DNA of 64,000 bases, from contig ADNK01002342.1 of the NCBI GenBank assembly GCA_000320545.1, forward strand, positions 1-64,000, in the 5' to 3' direction. The notes beneath the pieces are model-generated. The model ran no database searches. It was not told the DNA's origin and saw only the letters and a list, made by a program, of their open reading frames with translations. This document shows, piece by piece, positions 24,701 to 39,239 of this stretch (position 1 is its first letter; the number at the start of each line of letters is the position of its first letter). The DNA comes from Bigelowiella natans CCMP2755. Lineage: Eukaryota > Protista > Cercozoa. Made by a program: the position numbers and the translations under genes.

Positions 24701-27700
24701 TAGGGAAAAAGGTACACATGGTGGTCGCCCAGCCTGCTCCCTCGTCTCCGCTCGATAAGAGAAGAAGAAGCAGACAACTGGGTCGAGCGAGGAAGGACGT
24801 GAAGAGCACGATGCTTCACATCCTAGCGAAGATCCTGGCGACCGGCTTTCTCAGGCTCCCAGTCGTCGTCCCTCCTAAAAGTAACAACGACAACGGCGGC
24901 GTCGGCGATAACAAGCAACAGCGGGATTCTAGCTCCGAAAAGAAGATTAGGGACTCTGATGAGAAGATGATGGAGGTGGAGGAGTCCGCAAGCAAAATGG
25001 CAGGGTCAGCAGACAATAGTGTCCAGAACAATGCATCCCCAGCTTCCTCTCCCCCTCCCACCTCCCGCTCTGAGCGGAAGAGGAAAGAAGCGAAGTCGAA
25101 GAAGCCCCTCGCTCCGGAGCAGCAGCGCACAACGCGCAGCTCGTCGAGATCATCGCTTCCGAGACCCGTGGCGACGGCAGCCCCCCCAAAGAAGCGCGCT
25201 AAGGGAGAAGAATCTCGCAGCAGCGACAGGAACGATGAGACTGCTGCCAAAATTGCGATCGATGAAAAGCTGCAAGAATGGCTACGTCCAGAGGAGCTTT
25301 CGGATCAGCTGTTGCTCCAGAAGGAGTACTTCCGCCAGCCACCCCCACTCTCGCTGCTACAGCAGCACCCACTGGGGTTATCCCTCGCCTCTTCCTGCCA
25401 GGTCATGCTCTTCCTCCTGCGGGCCCCAGCTGCTGGCCAGGGTGATGATGAGGAGACCAGTCGGAGGAATACACACGTCATCACCGGAGCTGACTGGGAG
25501 GGGGGGGATGGCGGTGATGATGATGATGATGATGACCGGGATGCCGTTGGCGTAGTTCAGGTCAAAGATAAGCTTAAGATCATCGACGCACTGATTTCTT
25601 GCATTACGCGCTCGCACGAGATGGGCCTTACACAGTCAATGACCATCTACCTAGGTGTGCTCCGATCAGCGATGGACGCGCCGCTGTCGTCTTTATCCAA
25701 GAGCCACCGTAGCAGTGGCAGCAGCAGCAATAGTGCGGATGCGGCAGCGACGACGACGACGACGACCACAAGGACGTTGTCGAATGGCGCGCCCTCTAAG
25801 CCAACGACAACAGGGCTGGCCTCCTCGTCGTTATCGGCGATCATGGCCAAGAAGTCCAGCAATAAGAGTAGCAGTAGCTCTGGCGGCAAGAAAATCTTCG
25901 CCGCCGCCGCTAAGACCCCCTCCCTCTCTTCTTCGTTGTCGCGGCTGATGAGGATGTCGGTAGTCCCTGCTGCAGCAAAAGAGACGGCGGCGTCATCCAC
26001 GGGGACAGGAGTAACTACCTGTAGGAAGAAGCAGCCTTCAAACAGCCGGAAAAAACAGTCGTCGTCGAGCCAGCCAGCCGCGAGCCCATTGCAGGATTGC
26101 GTTCGGGTTGAGATTTTCAGCGGCAGGGGCGGGGGGAGGAGCGCCGACAGCGTCAAGCGAGCCATTTCGCACCATATCGTCCGCCACCACAGCGGCTTCG
26201 GCAAGATCCTCCACACTCTCATGGGGCAGTATGCACAAGAACTTATTCGGACGGACATGGCCGCGTCGCCACTCCAGCCGTCATCATTGGCATCGTCACA
26301 GCAGCAACAACAACAGCAGCAGCAGTCCTCACCGCTCGGCGGGAATAAAAGGAGGATGGCGGTGATGCTCATGCTGATGGTTGCAGATCCCTTCTTTAAC
26401 TACGTCTCCGCGCCGCCGCTGCCATTTTCGAAAGAGAAACATTTCACTGCGCGGGTAGCGAAGCGATTCTGAGAAATAACACGGACTAGCCGTCGAGTAG
26501 GGAGAGTGAGTGCGTGAGAGAGAACGAGGGAAAGAATGCTACGTTATCGTCATTCCTTCCTCGTCTCCCGTCTTCTTTTTTTGGTTCCTTTCGTTCAAAA
26601 ATTCTTCATGATACTGCAAATGCTCATAAAGTTTGTCTCCCCTCCTTGTTCCCCCTCCCCCCCCCTTCTCCTGCCACTCTTCTCTCCCTCTCTCTTTGCT
26701 CAGGCGTGGTCCAGTAAGATGAGACACGTGACTGCCATCGCATACACTATAATGAAAGCGAGTGTATCTGCAATCTCATCGCAGCAGCAGCGCCAGCGCC
26801 AACTCCACGGCGCGGCCGGGTCATCCGAGGCTGATATGGAGATCGAGCCTTCCTCCTCCTCCTCCTCGATGTCGGTCGCGGTCAACAAGACAGCCGCCAC
26901 CAGTGGCGGACAGGATATGAGCCTGAAGCAACTGATCAAGGCATTCGTAGCCCCGCACAAGTCGTGGTGCAACATCCTCTGCAGCATCATTCAGTTCCAC
27001 GGCGTCGACGAGACGATCCGTAAGACCTCGAAGCGCCTGCTGACTGTCATCAGTGGTAGCGAACACATGCGGCACCAGTTGTACGATGCGCACCTCTACC
27101 GCACAGAGCTCAAGAGGCTTCGAGCTTACTTTGACGGCGGACAGGAGGCGGGAGGAGACCGCAGCGCCAGCGGCCCCTCCTCGCCATCATCCTCGAATGA
27201 AGCTCTCTCCCGCTGCCATCACATATCCTACACGCGCGCAGTGCTGATCGCGAGCTCGCTCAACCGCATCTTCGTTGTGGCGAAGACGCGCGTGAATGGG
27301 TGGGTGGCCCACGTGCACAATTTTCCAGCAAGCCTGAAGTTCCTCTTCGAGATGGCCGTCAGGGTCAGCGCGCCCGCACACGACACCGCCTCGGGGCAGG
27401 TCGCAAAGATAACACTGGAGCTGCTATCGCTGGCCTCGGAGGCCGCCGCCGCTGCTCCGCACGAAAGCGATCCGAAGGAGATGCTGGAGGAAGCGGAGAG
27501 CAAGTCGCCGGGCACGACAACGATCCAAACCCTCATGACCCGTCGATCAAAGTCAGATCCGATATCTGGTAGTGGTGGTGGCGGTGCTGGTGCTGCTGCT
27601 GGGGGTGGTGCGACGACATCCAGCACAAGTGGAGCAGCAGCAGTGGCAGCGGCAGCGACGACACTTACGATCAAGAGAAAGAGAAAGCCTAAAAATACTA

Positions 27701-30700
27701 GCGGGGGCGAGGGCTTCCCACTCGCTTCGCCCCAGCATACAATCTTCAAGGGGCAGAGGAGGGGGGTCGATCAAGCAGCCGCGGCGATGGCGATAGCGAC
27801 ATCGTCCGCCGCGGCGTCGTCGTCACCATCATCATCAAAACGAAAGAAAAGGAAGGAGTACAAACTGGACATCGAGGACTTCTTGAGCGCGAGCCTCTCG
27901 TCCTTCGTGCAGGGCTATCTCCTCGATCACGAGTCCCTGAGCACAAGGAAGCAGGCGCGATCGTTCCTTTACCTCCTTCGCCACCACGCAACGGCCCCGC
28001 AGCTCGAGCGCCTGTTCAGGTACCTAACCGAATGGATCCCATTCCTGCCGTGGTACGGGGAGCGTGCCAGAGAGTTCCTGGAGCTGGTAATGATCGTGGT
28101 CGTTGAGTCGCGCAAGGCGTGCTCGATCTCCCCTGAGAGCATCTCGAAGAGCCTGGCCCAGCTGGTCGTGTGCTTCCGAAATCAAAACGAGAGCCTCAGC
28201 AACAACAGCATCGCCGCGCTCTACGCCGAGCTGGCCAAGCACATACGCCTCGAGCGGTACCTCCTGGACCACTCCCGCTGCCGGGTCTGCTGGCACGCGG
28301 CCAAGCCGCTCTCCATCTTGAAGCTCAAGAACATCTCCGCGGAGACGAAGTACACGTACGACAAGATGATCGTGAAGCTGGCCTCGAGCCACGTCATCCA
28401 GCAGCTTGCCGTCCGAATCGACGCCAACCAGCGCCACCAGGGCAGCAGCGCTACGAGCGGGCAACAAGTGCTCTCGGTGAAGAGAATACGGCTCTACTTC
28501 AACGCGGAGAGCCACGCGGACCTCACTGCGGTAATGGATAAGCCCTCGGCGTGGACGCTGGCCAAGGAGGCGGTGTTGGCGAGGGGCCAGTCGGAGGTGA
28601 AGATCACGTGCCTGGTGCCGTTCCGTGCGAGCAACCTTATGGTCCACTTCGCAGAGTTCCACAAGAGTCCTGATGGCGGGCTCGAGATCCTTCGCTGCCC
28701 GCGCTGTAACACGACCGTCTTCAACAAGCATGGGCTCTGCCCCAACTGCCGCGAGAACGCGTACCAGTGCCGACAGTGCCGAAACATCAACTACGAGCAC
28801 CGCGAAGGCTTTCTCTGCAACGAGTGCGGCTACTGCCGGTTTGCTAAGTTCTACTACACGCTCTATGGCAAGGCGAGCCAGAGCGTTGTCGACATCAACA
28901 ACGAGGCGGAGCGAAAGCAGGCGATGGACCTCATCCTCGCAAAGCAGGAGAAGCTGGACAGGAACCTCGCCGATCTGCATGGCCATCGAAGACTTGTCGA
29001 ATCCACCCTCGACTATTTGGGCCGGGAAAAGCGGGGGGGGGGGGCAAGCAGTAGTGGTGCTGCCACGGGAATGACGTCGAGCACGTCAGCTGCAGTGAAC
29101 AGCGCGTCCAGTAACAGTGCCGATGAAAAGGCAGCTTCCTCAAAGGATACGAAGTCGTCGTTGCATCTGCTTAAAAACAAGGAACAGCTGTCAAGCTACT
29201 ACGGGAAGGAGGTGAAGAACACCTTCGATGAGATCAGGCAACACTTCTCCGTGATCATGAACATTCGCAAGCAGCTAGCGATGTTTATGGGCCGGCCGCG
29301 CGTCCCCCACAAGGGCGACCGGAGGCCAGTCTCTAGGTGCTACAAATGCTCGAAAAACTTTGTGAAGCTCGGCGTCGAGTTCTTCTGCAAGATGGAGGCC
29401 ATGGCGGCGGACGACGACAAAAAAGTGGGGGATGGCCATACCATCGGTAAGCTCATCGTCGAGTCCGGGGGTGCTGTAGAACTCGCTCTCAACGCTGTCT
29501 CCTTCCGTGATACGACGATTAGCAGGGCTGCGGTGAGGTCGCTGTGCTCCCTCGTACGGCAGCGGACTGGCGCGTCGAGCTTTCTAGTGCCCATTCTGAG
29601 GAACAGGACCTTCTTCTGCATCAAGAACTACAATCTCCTGCGCGTCGAGGCGTCTCTCAGCAGCTATATCTCCCTCATATGTGAGCTCTGCGACGCGACC
29701 ATGCAGAGGGAGGAGGCTGCGAGCCCGGGAAAGGTGCGAGACGACTGGGACAATATGATGTCGTTGATCATCGATGTTATTCTCTTCTCCCTGAAGTACA
29801 TTCAGAACTTCCCGGCCCTCGCAAACCACGCGATCCTGCCCTGCCTCAAGATCGTTCGCACGGCCTGTAGCCTCTCCTCTTGGGGCGGCAGCGACGACTC
29901 TGATCCGAGCGGGAGCGGAGCCGGAGCGGGGGGGAACGACAAGCTGATGTCCTCCCCGCACCACGACGGCAGGAAGAGGACGGGCCGCAAGCAGACGCTT
30001 ACACCACAGTCGGATTCCGATTCGTCACTGTCGTCTATCCTGCACGCCCAAATTTCCTCGCGGCTCTCCAATTTCAGGCGGCAGACGAGGCGCCCGGGCA
30101 TTATCTCCTCGATCGCGAGCAGCCGCTCGGGCAGGCGGCAGTATCTAACGCCTTCCTTGCGCCGCCTGCAGCCTCCACAGCACCGCCGTGGAGCGTCAAG
30201 TATCATGACACCCTCGCCAGCGCGCGAGAAGCCGCAGCGAGGCGAGACAGTGACGATGGTCTTAGGCAAATCGCACTCTTACCCTCTACCGCCGGTCGAT
30301 ACGTCGGGGAGCAGGCTGAACAACGTGCCCGACCTCAACCTCCCCGTCCAGCAGTTCTCGCTGCAGAAGGAGCGGATCGCCCAGATCATGCGGCTCATGA
30401 ACCGCTCCTCGATGCCGGCAAAGTCCCTGCAGCTGTGGCTGAACTCCAAGCTCTCCTTCTCCAGATGGGCAAGCAGCTTCAGGAATGATGGGGATAAGGG
30501 CGGCGAGGAGAAGAAGAACCCCGCCGGGCTGCTTCAGCTATTCCCCTCGGTTCTCACGGCACCGAGAGGCAAAGAAGCCCGCGCGCTGAACGTCCTTCGC
30601 GCCGCGATGAGGAAGAGGTGGAAGAGAAGACACGGGCCACATCAGAAGAAAAATAGCCGTAGAGAGTACGCCTTTAGCGAGCTGAACTTCATGCTCCAGC

Positions 30701-31386
30701 TGCTGCTCTGCCCCAACTCCGAGCAGGTGCGCAAGGAGGCAGTGCGGCTAATCAGGCTGCTCATCCAACGACCAATGGAGGACGCGTCGTCGCTTTCGTC
30801 GCCGCTCCTGTCCAGAAAGGCCCGGCACCAGCGCGGCACGTCTTCAAGCAGCAGTAGCAGCCGCAGCAGTGTTTCTGAGGAGAGCCTGGTCGTCATCCTG
30901 GATCACCTGCTGGAGCTACTACCCAGCATATCCACGCTATGCTCCGCTTCCTCCACCCAATCGGAACATCGCGACAAGCCTTACGACGACTACTTCAGCG
31001 GCGGCGGAGGCGACACTGTCGCCAGCCGCTTCGCATCCTCCTCCTCGGTTGACTACTTCCTCCTGTTTGATTCGCTTATAACGAGCGGCTCGGACGCGGA
31101 CCGCCACCACTCAAGACGGGCCTATCTCGTGGTGCATGGCATCCTGCCCGTCCTCGTCGAGCAGGTGTCCAGGCAGATTGATGCTATTGTCTCCGTGGAG
31201 AACTCCTTCATCACAGAGCAGTACGATATGACGACGCTCCGGGGGCTGACGAAGATGCTGGTGGAATTCCTCGAGACCCCTGCGATTTGCCGCCAGTTCC
31301 GAAAGCTCCATCTCTCGCAGTCCGTTCTCAACGCCTTCCTCCAGGTATTGAATCCGCGGGTGATTGTGATGATAATTATATTGATG

Positions 31387-31420
<34 letters not shown>

Positions 31421-32774
31421 CCATGTGCCAGTTCATTTGTGACTGTGATTCAAGTGGGGATACAAGAAAAGGGGGTGGGGGGGGAGAATAATATTTGCTA
31501 AAACGCTTTTCATCATCTGACAGGTCCGCAGCCTGGTCGTACAACGAAGCAAGCTCTCCGACAAGTGCGCCACGAGCCTCCTCCAGGCCACGAAGAAGAT
31601 CTTCTCGTCCGAGTCGGAGCAGGACGACATGAGCTCCATCATGAAGGCGTACGCGCGCGCGCTGGCGCAGAAGCACCTCGACAAGCGCACGTCTATCTTC
31701 ATCCTCGACCAAATGTGCAACGTGGTGAAGCCGCAGCAGAAGGAGTGCCTGCTGATTCTCCGCAAGGCGCGCAGCCAGGAGGAGTACATCCGTGGGTCCA
31801 TGACCAAGAACCCGTACTCCTCCAGCTGCTTCGATGGGCCGCTCATGTGCCACGTCAAGGACAAGATCTGCGCGGACGTGGGGCTTCCGAACGAGGCCAA
31901 CATGATCGAGCTCCTCGTGAACGGCAAGATCATCAGCATGGACCTCCCCATCATCAAGACATACGAAAAGGTGTGGAAGCCCTCCCTCATGGACCCCTCC
32001 GGCCCGATGGCGGTGGCGCTGGAGGTACTCGGAGACATGAGCATCAGCGGAGGAAGCGGTGGTGAGATGGTGATGATCGGCGGCGGCGGCGGCGGCCATT
32101 ATCACCAGTGTGGCATCGACGAGGAAGGCGGGCTTTTCCTCGACATGGACGACCAGGCGGAATGCCCGCTCCCCATGATCGTGACATATCGGCTCACCGG
32201 GCTCGATGGCGAGGCCACGGAGGACGTCGTCGACCACATCCCGGACGACGATAAGCAGAAGGATCCGGAGCAGGAGTTCAAGGTTTGCGCCTCTTTACTG
32301 AACGACAACGAGGAGGATGTGGGCAACACCGGCGGCAGCAGAGGCAAAAGCAGCATTGGGCTGCTCGTCTCACAGTTCTCGCAGATCGTGAACTTCATGG
32401 ACGACGTGGACCACCGGCTTGCGAACAGGCTGATTCAAATGCTTCAATACTGCTGCAAGCTGAGCGAACTCCGCAGATTCCTGCTGAGGATGCAGCACCC
32501 CAACGCCATCGCAATCATCCTCGAGAAGGTCACCGTGGCGCTCGACAGCACCCTAACCATCGACATTGCCAGCAGCCTGCTTGGAATGCTTAGCATGATC
32601 TTCTCCGCGGCGGCCTCTTCTCCGGAATCGAATACTGCGACTACCCGACAAGAAGGGCAGCAGCGCGATGATGGAAATCTAGCTCTTACTACCGGAGACA
32701 GCAAGCAATCACTACAAAGCGATGGTGACATGCAAGTGGAAGAGAACGCAACGGAGAAGCCTGCTGCGAGCTCC

Positions 32775-32815
<41 letters not shown>

Positions 32816-34710
32816 AGCGGGAAAGAAGAGGAAGGCGCCCTCTACCGCCCCTCCTTCTTCCTCTCCTCCCCCCCCTTCTCCCGTGAGAAAGAAGAAGCGC
32901 GAGAAGAAAACGCGAGAGCGCAAGACAAAGGAAAGTAAAGCGAAGGGCGGCGAGGACTGCAAACTTGCCTCGAGCAGCACGTCGTCATCTTCCTCTCCTT
33001 CCTCGCCATCCGTGAGTGTCGCCCACCTCGAGAGGCTGCTGACCTACCTCAACAAGCACCACGTTCGCGAGAACAGCGAGCTGGTGGGGGACATCATGAA
33101 GATCGTGCCACTGCTGATTCAAAGCAACCCGCCTCTTACCAAGACTGTCATCAAGATCTTCAAGCCATACCTGCAGTGGGACGAAATAGACGGCGGCGTA
33201 GGCGGCGATGACATCAAGAAGGCGACGACGCCAGGAGGGGCTGAGCAGCAGCGACAAAGTCGGCAGCAGCAGCTCGAGTACCAGGTGTCATGCTTTGTCA
33301 CCTTCTGCGCCAACATCCCGGTCTCTCCGGGCGGCAACGAGATCCGAGAGCTGTTCTTCCAGGACAACGTCATCCACGACTGCGTCGCCGCCCTCAAGCA
33401 AACCGCCAAGAGCGATGGTGGCGGAGCGGGCGGCAGCACCAGCGCAGCGAGTACGAGCAAGAAGGCCGGTAAGAAGAGGAAGCGGAAGAAGAAGAAGAGG
33501 GCCGCCGCCGGCGACGACGGCGAGGCTGACGTGGCGATCGATCGGCCCTCACTGCCGTTCATCATCCAGATATTAGATGGGCTCTGCAAGGGGTACGAAA
33601 AGGCGCAGCGGTTGATGGTCGACATGAGCGCGATCGGCATCCTGCACCAGATCGAGGGGCGCTCCTCCCAAAACCGCGTGGGGCCCATGGCCGAGTCGCT
33701 GCTGCAGGCGCTCGTCTTGAACAACGCCACCGTGAAGAACTACATCGAGGACCTCCGCAACGAGACCCGGCTCCGCAAGAAGAACCGCGCGCTGGCGAAG
33801 CGGAAGAAGCTGCTGAAGCGGATGGGGTTCAAGTCGGCGCAGAAGAGCAGGAACAAGCTGACCGCCGAGATGAAGATCGCGGGCATCGAGTCGCTCTCCA
33901 AGGAGAGCCGCTTCAAGTGCATGGTCTGCCACGAGGGGTACAGCTTCAAGCCCCGCGACATCCTCGGGTTCTACGTCTACAACAAGGAGGTCGCCATCGG
34001 GGACTTTTGCACCGAGGAGGAGGCCGGGCTGACCTCCGTGACGCACTTCAACCTCATCCACTACACCTGCCACGCGGAGGCCGTGCGGGCCGACTCGCGG
34101 CTGAAGCCGAGCAAGAAGGAGTGGGAGGGCGCGACCATCCGAAACTCGCACACGCTCTGCAACAACTTGTTCCCCATCCTCGGCCCCGACATCCCCAACC
34201 ACGAGTACAACTCCAAGGTCGAGAGGTACTGGCGGGACATCCCCTTCCGCTCGAGCTTCCAGATGTCGCGCGTGGAGATCATGATCGAGGACCTCCGGCT
34301 GCTGCTGGCGCGGTTCGCCTACGAGGAGTCGTTCTCCGAATTCACGAAGGGCGGCGGGCGCGAGAGCAACATCAACTTCATCCCGTACATGCTCCAGCTG
34401 ACGCTGCATCTTATGGCCAACTCAAGCTCCCCCACGGAGCAGGGGGTTCAGAACTCCTTCCTCGAGCGCCTGTGGACGGCAACGACGCGCCCCCCCCCCC
34501 CTGCTTCGTCCCAGGAGAGCGGTGGCGCCGACGGCGATGACGGCGGCAACGCGAATGCGGCGCCAGGAGGTAGGGATGGGGGCAGCTCGGACGCAGGCGA
34601 CGGCGAGAGCCGGATGGTCCGAACGACGACGACGACAACGACGACAAGCAGCATGATCATGGAGACGGATCAGGATGCCTTGGATGTCTCTGAAGGTAGA
34701 GAGTGAATGA

Positions 34711-34743
<33 letters not shown>

Positions 34744-35002
34744 CGCGTGTAGGTATGTGTGCGCAATTGATTTATGATGAAAAATCCTACCAGGCGTCCT
34801 CGTGGAGAGCCTGCTGTTCCTTCCACACGCATGGTGGAATCTGTGCAAGTATGCGCTTCTCGAGCGTCTTGTCTCTCAGTCGGTCACCCCTGCGGCGGTC
34901 CACGTAGTAGGCGGGGGGGAGGGGGAGGACGATGAAGAGCAAGGTATGGATATTTTTAATCAAACACACACAAACACTAGCATATACGCACAGACAGATA
35001 TA

Positions 35003-35040
<38 letters not shown>

Positions 35041-35415
35041 ATATATATACACACGAACAGTGGAGGACATCGGAAATTTGGCCAAGCGGACGAAGATAAC
35101 GACGACGACAACGACGTCGACGACGGCATCATCACCAAAGTCGCTCGATGAGGTAATGGAACATACGATCGACCTCAAATCACATACACACACTCACTCA
35201 CACACACTTACACACTTACACACACGCACACCTCACGCACGATACCTAGTAAATAAACCGTCATACAACAGCAGCATAACGACGAGGAGATGAAAGAGGA
35301 GAAGACGAAGAAGAAGAAGATAAAGAAGAAGAAGAAGAGTAGAAACCTTGCTTCTCCTACCACGACCAGCAGCACAGCTAGTAGCAGTACTTCTTCCTCC
35401 AATGACGCAGCGGCA

Positions 35416-35453
<38 letters not shown>

Positions 35454-35709
35454 GACGAGAGCAGGCAATGGATCGGGGGCGGCGGCAGAGGACGAGACCT
35501 CGACGGCGAAAGGGGAGGCGACGATGAAGATTATCACAGACGACAATAAGGACATCAAATCGATCATGCGTCCCGTCTTCCTGTTCTGGGGCCTGGTCGA
35601 CCGGCTGCACGGTATCTTTGGCAAGGCGAGGTCCTTCTGCGTGCCCCCCCCTACAGAGACGAAGAGCGCCGAAGAAGCAGTTTCTACCCGAAGCAAGGCA
35701 ATCAACGAC

Positions 35710-35743
<34 letters not shown>

Positions 35744-35905
35744 AGTCAACCGATGCTGGCTCTACAAAGAAACGGAAACGCCCAACGCGCCGCTCGACTA
35801 GAAGCAGCAGTTCTTCGGAGCCTGATAAAAAAGATGACGGCGAACGGAAAAAGGTCGTCGATACTGATGATGCTGCTCGTTGCATGTTGAACACTCTTTT
35901 CCCTA

Positions 35906-35942
<37 letters not shown>

Positions 35943-36273
35943 ACGCACCATCTATTCATAAGCACACACGCTCCTTGTTATTCTTTCGCAGGGCAAGAAG
36001 GAGAACAGTGGTGAAGGCAAGAAGACGAGTCTTCTTCTCCCTTCTTCTTCTTCCTCTCCCTCCTCCTTCCCGAAGATCGCCTCGGTCAAGTGGGGAATAC
36101 AGCAGCGACAGCACGTCCTCCTGCTCCACCAAGAGGAGATCCTTGAGGAGCTTAAGTCCGCCTGCGATTTCTTCACCAAGGAACTACTTCGATGCGACGC
36201 GCTCCAAAGCTACGCTGCCGCGCTGAAGCTGCCTCCCGCAGTGAAAGAAAGGCTGTGGGTGCACTTCAAATAG
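10257..36273 (+). CDS. UBR4: Giant UBR4/BIG-family E3/E4 ubiquitin ligase (~14 exons, ~8,000 aa)
   Basis: Phase-consistent GT-AG joins link 10565-12889, 13140-15704, 15856-15979, 16199-18139, 18479-26454, 26704-31344, 31524-34695, 34794-34943, 35061-35152, ~35273-35853 and 35992-36273. Three small 5' exons make the start at 10257 tentative. Recognised motifs: beta-propeller region (WLPYSDSRLAICTNKFVRIFDL), ZZ finger (23866-24033), ETKYTYDKMIVKL, Cys-rich CPRC..HGLCPNCRENAYQCRQCRNINY..FLCNECGYCRF, QEEYIRGSMTKNPYSS, YRLTGLDGEATE, hemiRING CMVCHEGY..THFNLIHYTCH, and EWEGATIRNSHTLCNNLFP. Confidence 0.92.
16087..16196. repeat. Compound microsatellite (TC)n(AC)n..(AT)n in a UBR4 intron; representative of many intronic microsatellites
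   Basis: Directly visible. Similar tracts occur at ~397-433 (TA), 2714-2770 (TC/AC), 2998-3026 (GTA), 18275-18309 (GA), 36371-36405 (TA), 37245-37312 (GT/GA), 41662-41713 (AC) and 51051-51104 (TA). Confidence 0.95.
23866..24033 (+). other. ZZ-type zinc finger within UBR4/BIG
   Basis: HYRCDECGKRITGWRWRCCEADICEDFDLCQECY...HNADHIM follows the ZZ consensus CxxC..RWxC..C.DFDLC..CY...H...H. A ZZ finger at this position is a plant-BIG-type feature. Confidence 0.9.
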
Positions 36274-36368
36274 TGGTACGAATAGTGTGGATCTCAGCTA
36301 TTCTTGGCGAGGAATCAAAGGTGAGGTTGGCGAGTGAGATATATCTCGCGACAAAAATATCGTAACAG

Positions 36369-36408
<40 letters not shown>

Positions 36409-37180
36409 CACCGTATGGGAAATTCGTAAATGCACAGAAGAGCGTTAGTCAAATACATTACAGATTAGTGTAAATAGTGCCCAGAAAAATGTATGACATT
36501 TATCCAGTAGCAAAGTAAACAATTGAACTCCCGTAGCATGCGGTGGAGCCAACGTTCATATGTAAGTTAGATGTTGTTGTTTGCTGTGCGCTATTCTCGC
36601 AGTCGAGATCAATTTGTTACCGGGTTGATGTTTTGCAGAACGTGCTGTTGTATTCTTGAACTGCGCGCTCGGAGCAGTACAGTATTTGTCGTCAACAACA
36701 ATGCAAACGCATGCATGCTAGCAGTGGCTAGTGGCCGAAATGCTTCTACGCGTACCTTCAGCGACGCGTGAAAACAACTGCTGGCTCCCTGCTCAGCGCA
36801 AGCTAGCAAGCAGAAGCCGCTGTGACTTCGGACAAATCGCCACGTCCGGCAAACGACTGCATGCTGCTGTTGCTCATGGCCAGCACAGACAGGCGAACAT
36901 CCCAGAGTTAGCATGATCCCCTAGCTAGCTAGCTAGCGAGTCGGGGCTAGCGGGTACGATGATGAGGTCCAGACGCATCGTGCGCCAAGGAACATGGCAG
37001 AAGTGCAACAACTCAACTGCGCAGTATTACCATACAATTGCTAGTTGGTACGCAACCACGACCATGACATTCATTGCATTGTGTACACAAAACATCATCG
37101 TCGATTCATGGATGCACTACTCGCTTGCGTCTACACGGCAAAGATAGATGTAATCTACTGTCGCCACCGCACGCGAGAGC

Positions 37181-37252
37181 TCACAAGATTCGTTTTCCCT
37201 TGACAAGGAGAAGAGATTCAACCTGAGAAGAGGCGTAAGACAAATGTGTGTA

Positions 37253-37315
<63 letters not shown>

Positions 37316-38190
37316 ACATTCTACTCAGTATCCGTGTCTGCTACACGTGGCAAAATTGTGTAACAATAACTCCATGCTCCACAGCTACCTCCTCCTCTTC
37401 GTCGTCACTACTGTCGTATCCTAGCTTCTTTCCCGAGCGCTGCGATAAGCGCAGCGATTTCCGGACAGCAATCGCGTCCTGATGATGACAACGCCGCCGT
37501 CAATGGTGGTTATCATTACGTGAGGGCGATGTTGTTGATAGTCATGATGATAATGATGAAACCCCAGAAAGTTTGCGTTGAGATAGCCAAGGAAAAAACG
37601 CCCCAGTGTGAGAAATATTGCAAGTATTAGTAAGAATAGCGGTTGCTCTATTACTCACTTACCCTCTTGTACGTGAAGTGGATGGTGGTATACAGCATGA
37701 ACGTTAACTGAAGTTTCCACACGAAGGGGTGAGTAACAATAACCATAATAATAAATGATATTGATGTTAATAGTATCTTTTAGCTAGAAAGTGATAATGG
37801 ATATGCGTTTTGCAAATGTCGTTGGATTGCTACCATCCATGGGACGACCGTGATCCAAAACAAAGCCTAGTACGGCAACAAAACAAATCAAGCTTCAAAA
37901 AAAGAAGAAGGTGCCATTTCGTCCGCCCCGACGACCACAAAGACCATGATGACGGTGTTAAAGAGAAAGATATGAGGGGAGGGGGGAGAAGGGGCAACAA
38001 TTCGATCCAAATGAATCAACATCTGGCTGCATCAGGACTAGCGCCAACGCACCTGCGAGAGAGCGTCGATGTCACCCTGCCTTTCAGCGGCAGTTAGGCT
38101 GCTAATCGAGCCATCTTCCCCGCGCCGGTATCCAAACACATCTGGCGCATTTCGAGCAGAGAAGAGCGTTAAAAGATGGGGAAATGAGGA

Positions 38191-38246
<56 letters not shown>

Positions 38247-38900
38247 AGACATCGCCGCCTCTAAGTGCGGAAGGATCTAAGGATTCACACCCAACCACCA
38301 GCCCGCTGCTAGGATATACAAATTATGAGCAGGGGGACAAGGAGGAGCCGCACCTTGAGCAAGATAGGACACAAGAAACCCTGAGAGTGTGAGGAGAGGA
38401 GGAGGAGGAGGAGGAGGAGGAGGAGGAGGAGGTGGGGAGAAGAGAAGGATGAAACAAACAAATTGTGATCATCCAGGATGGAAGAGGAAGAGCGCAATGA
38501 CGAAATGGCATAGTGACGTGGCAAGCAATAACTCCGCAAGTTTCTTCAATACAATAACTCCGCAAGTTTCTTCAATATACAAACGTCAATATGGAAGCTC
38601 TTGGCAAAGAAGTAACGTCCTCGATACATGCTAAACGTAATATGCATTCATATAGTTAAGAGAGAGGTTGTCCCTCCCTCCTCCTCTCTTCCTTGGACCT
38701 ACCAGCGAAGGAGGAAGGGACAGATTCCAGGGCGGCGAAGTAGCCATAGATCGAAGTGCGCGTGAACGATGGAGCGATGTCGGCAATGATCGGCCTGTTC
38801 GTCTTTCAGGGCAGCAAGAAAGTACACCAACGTCACCACCAAATCAGTGCATTTCAATTCGTAAACTACACGTGCACACCTACACCTCCACACATGGACC

Positions 38901-38931
<31 letters not shown>

Positions 38932-39194
38932 ATACACATACACACGCACATGTTTACGCTTTGAATCTGTTTTGCTACTTACCCCGTTCGTGCACCAAGT
39001 CCCAAGTATGTTGAATATTACGAACACCTATGTGTGTGTGTGTGTGTGAGTGAGTGTGTGAGTGTGCGATTCTGCGTGTCCGCATGATGTCTTGCAACTT
39101 TAAATTTTTTTTCTCTCTTCTTCCTACCATCGTGTAGATCGAGAATTCGGCCTCGCCACTGCAGAATTAGAATAAAGAAACATATATTTTAAAC

Positions 39195-39239
<45 letters not shown>

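Noticed and set aside
28024-34409. Long antisense ORFs (28024-28986, 31122-32237, 33573-34409) opposite UBR4
   Set aside because: They coincide with the most GC3-biased conserved blocks, which suppress antisense stop codons. No recognisable protein motifs.
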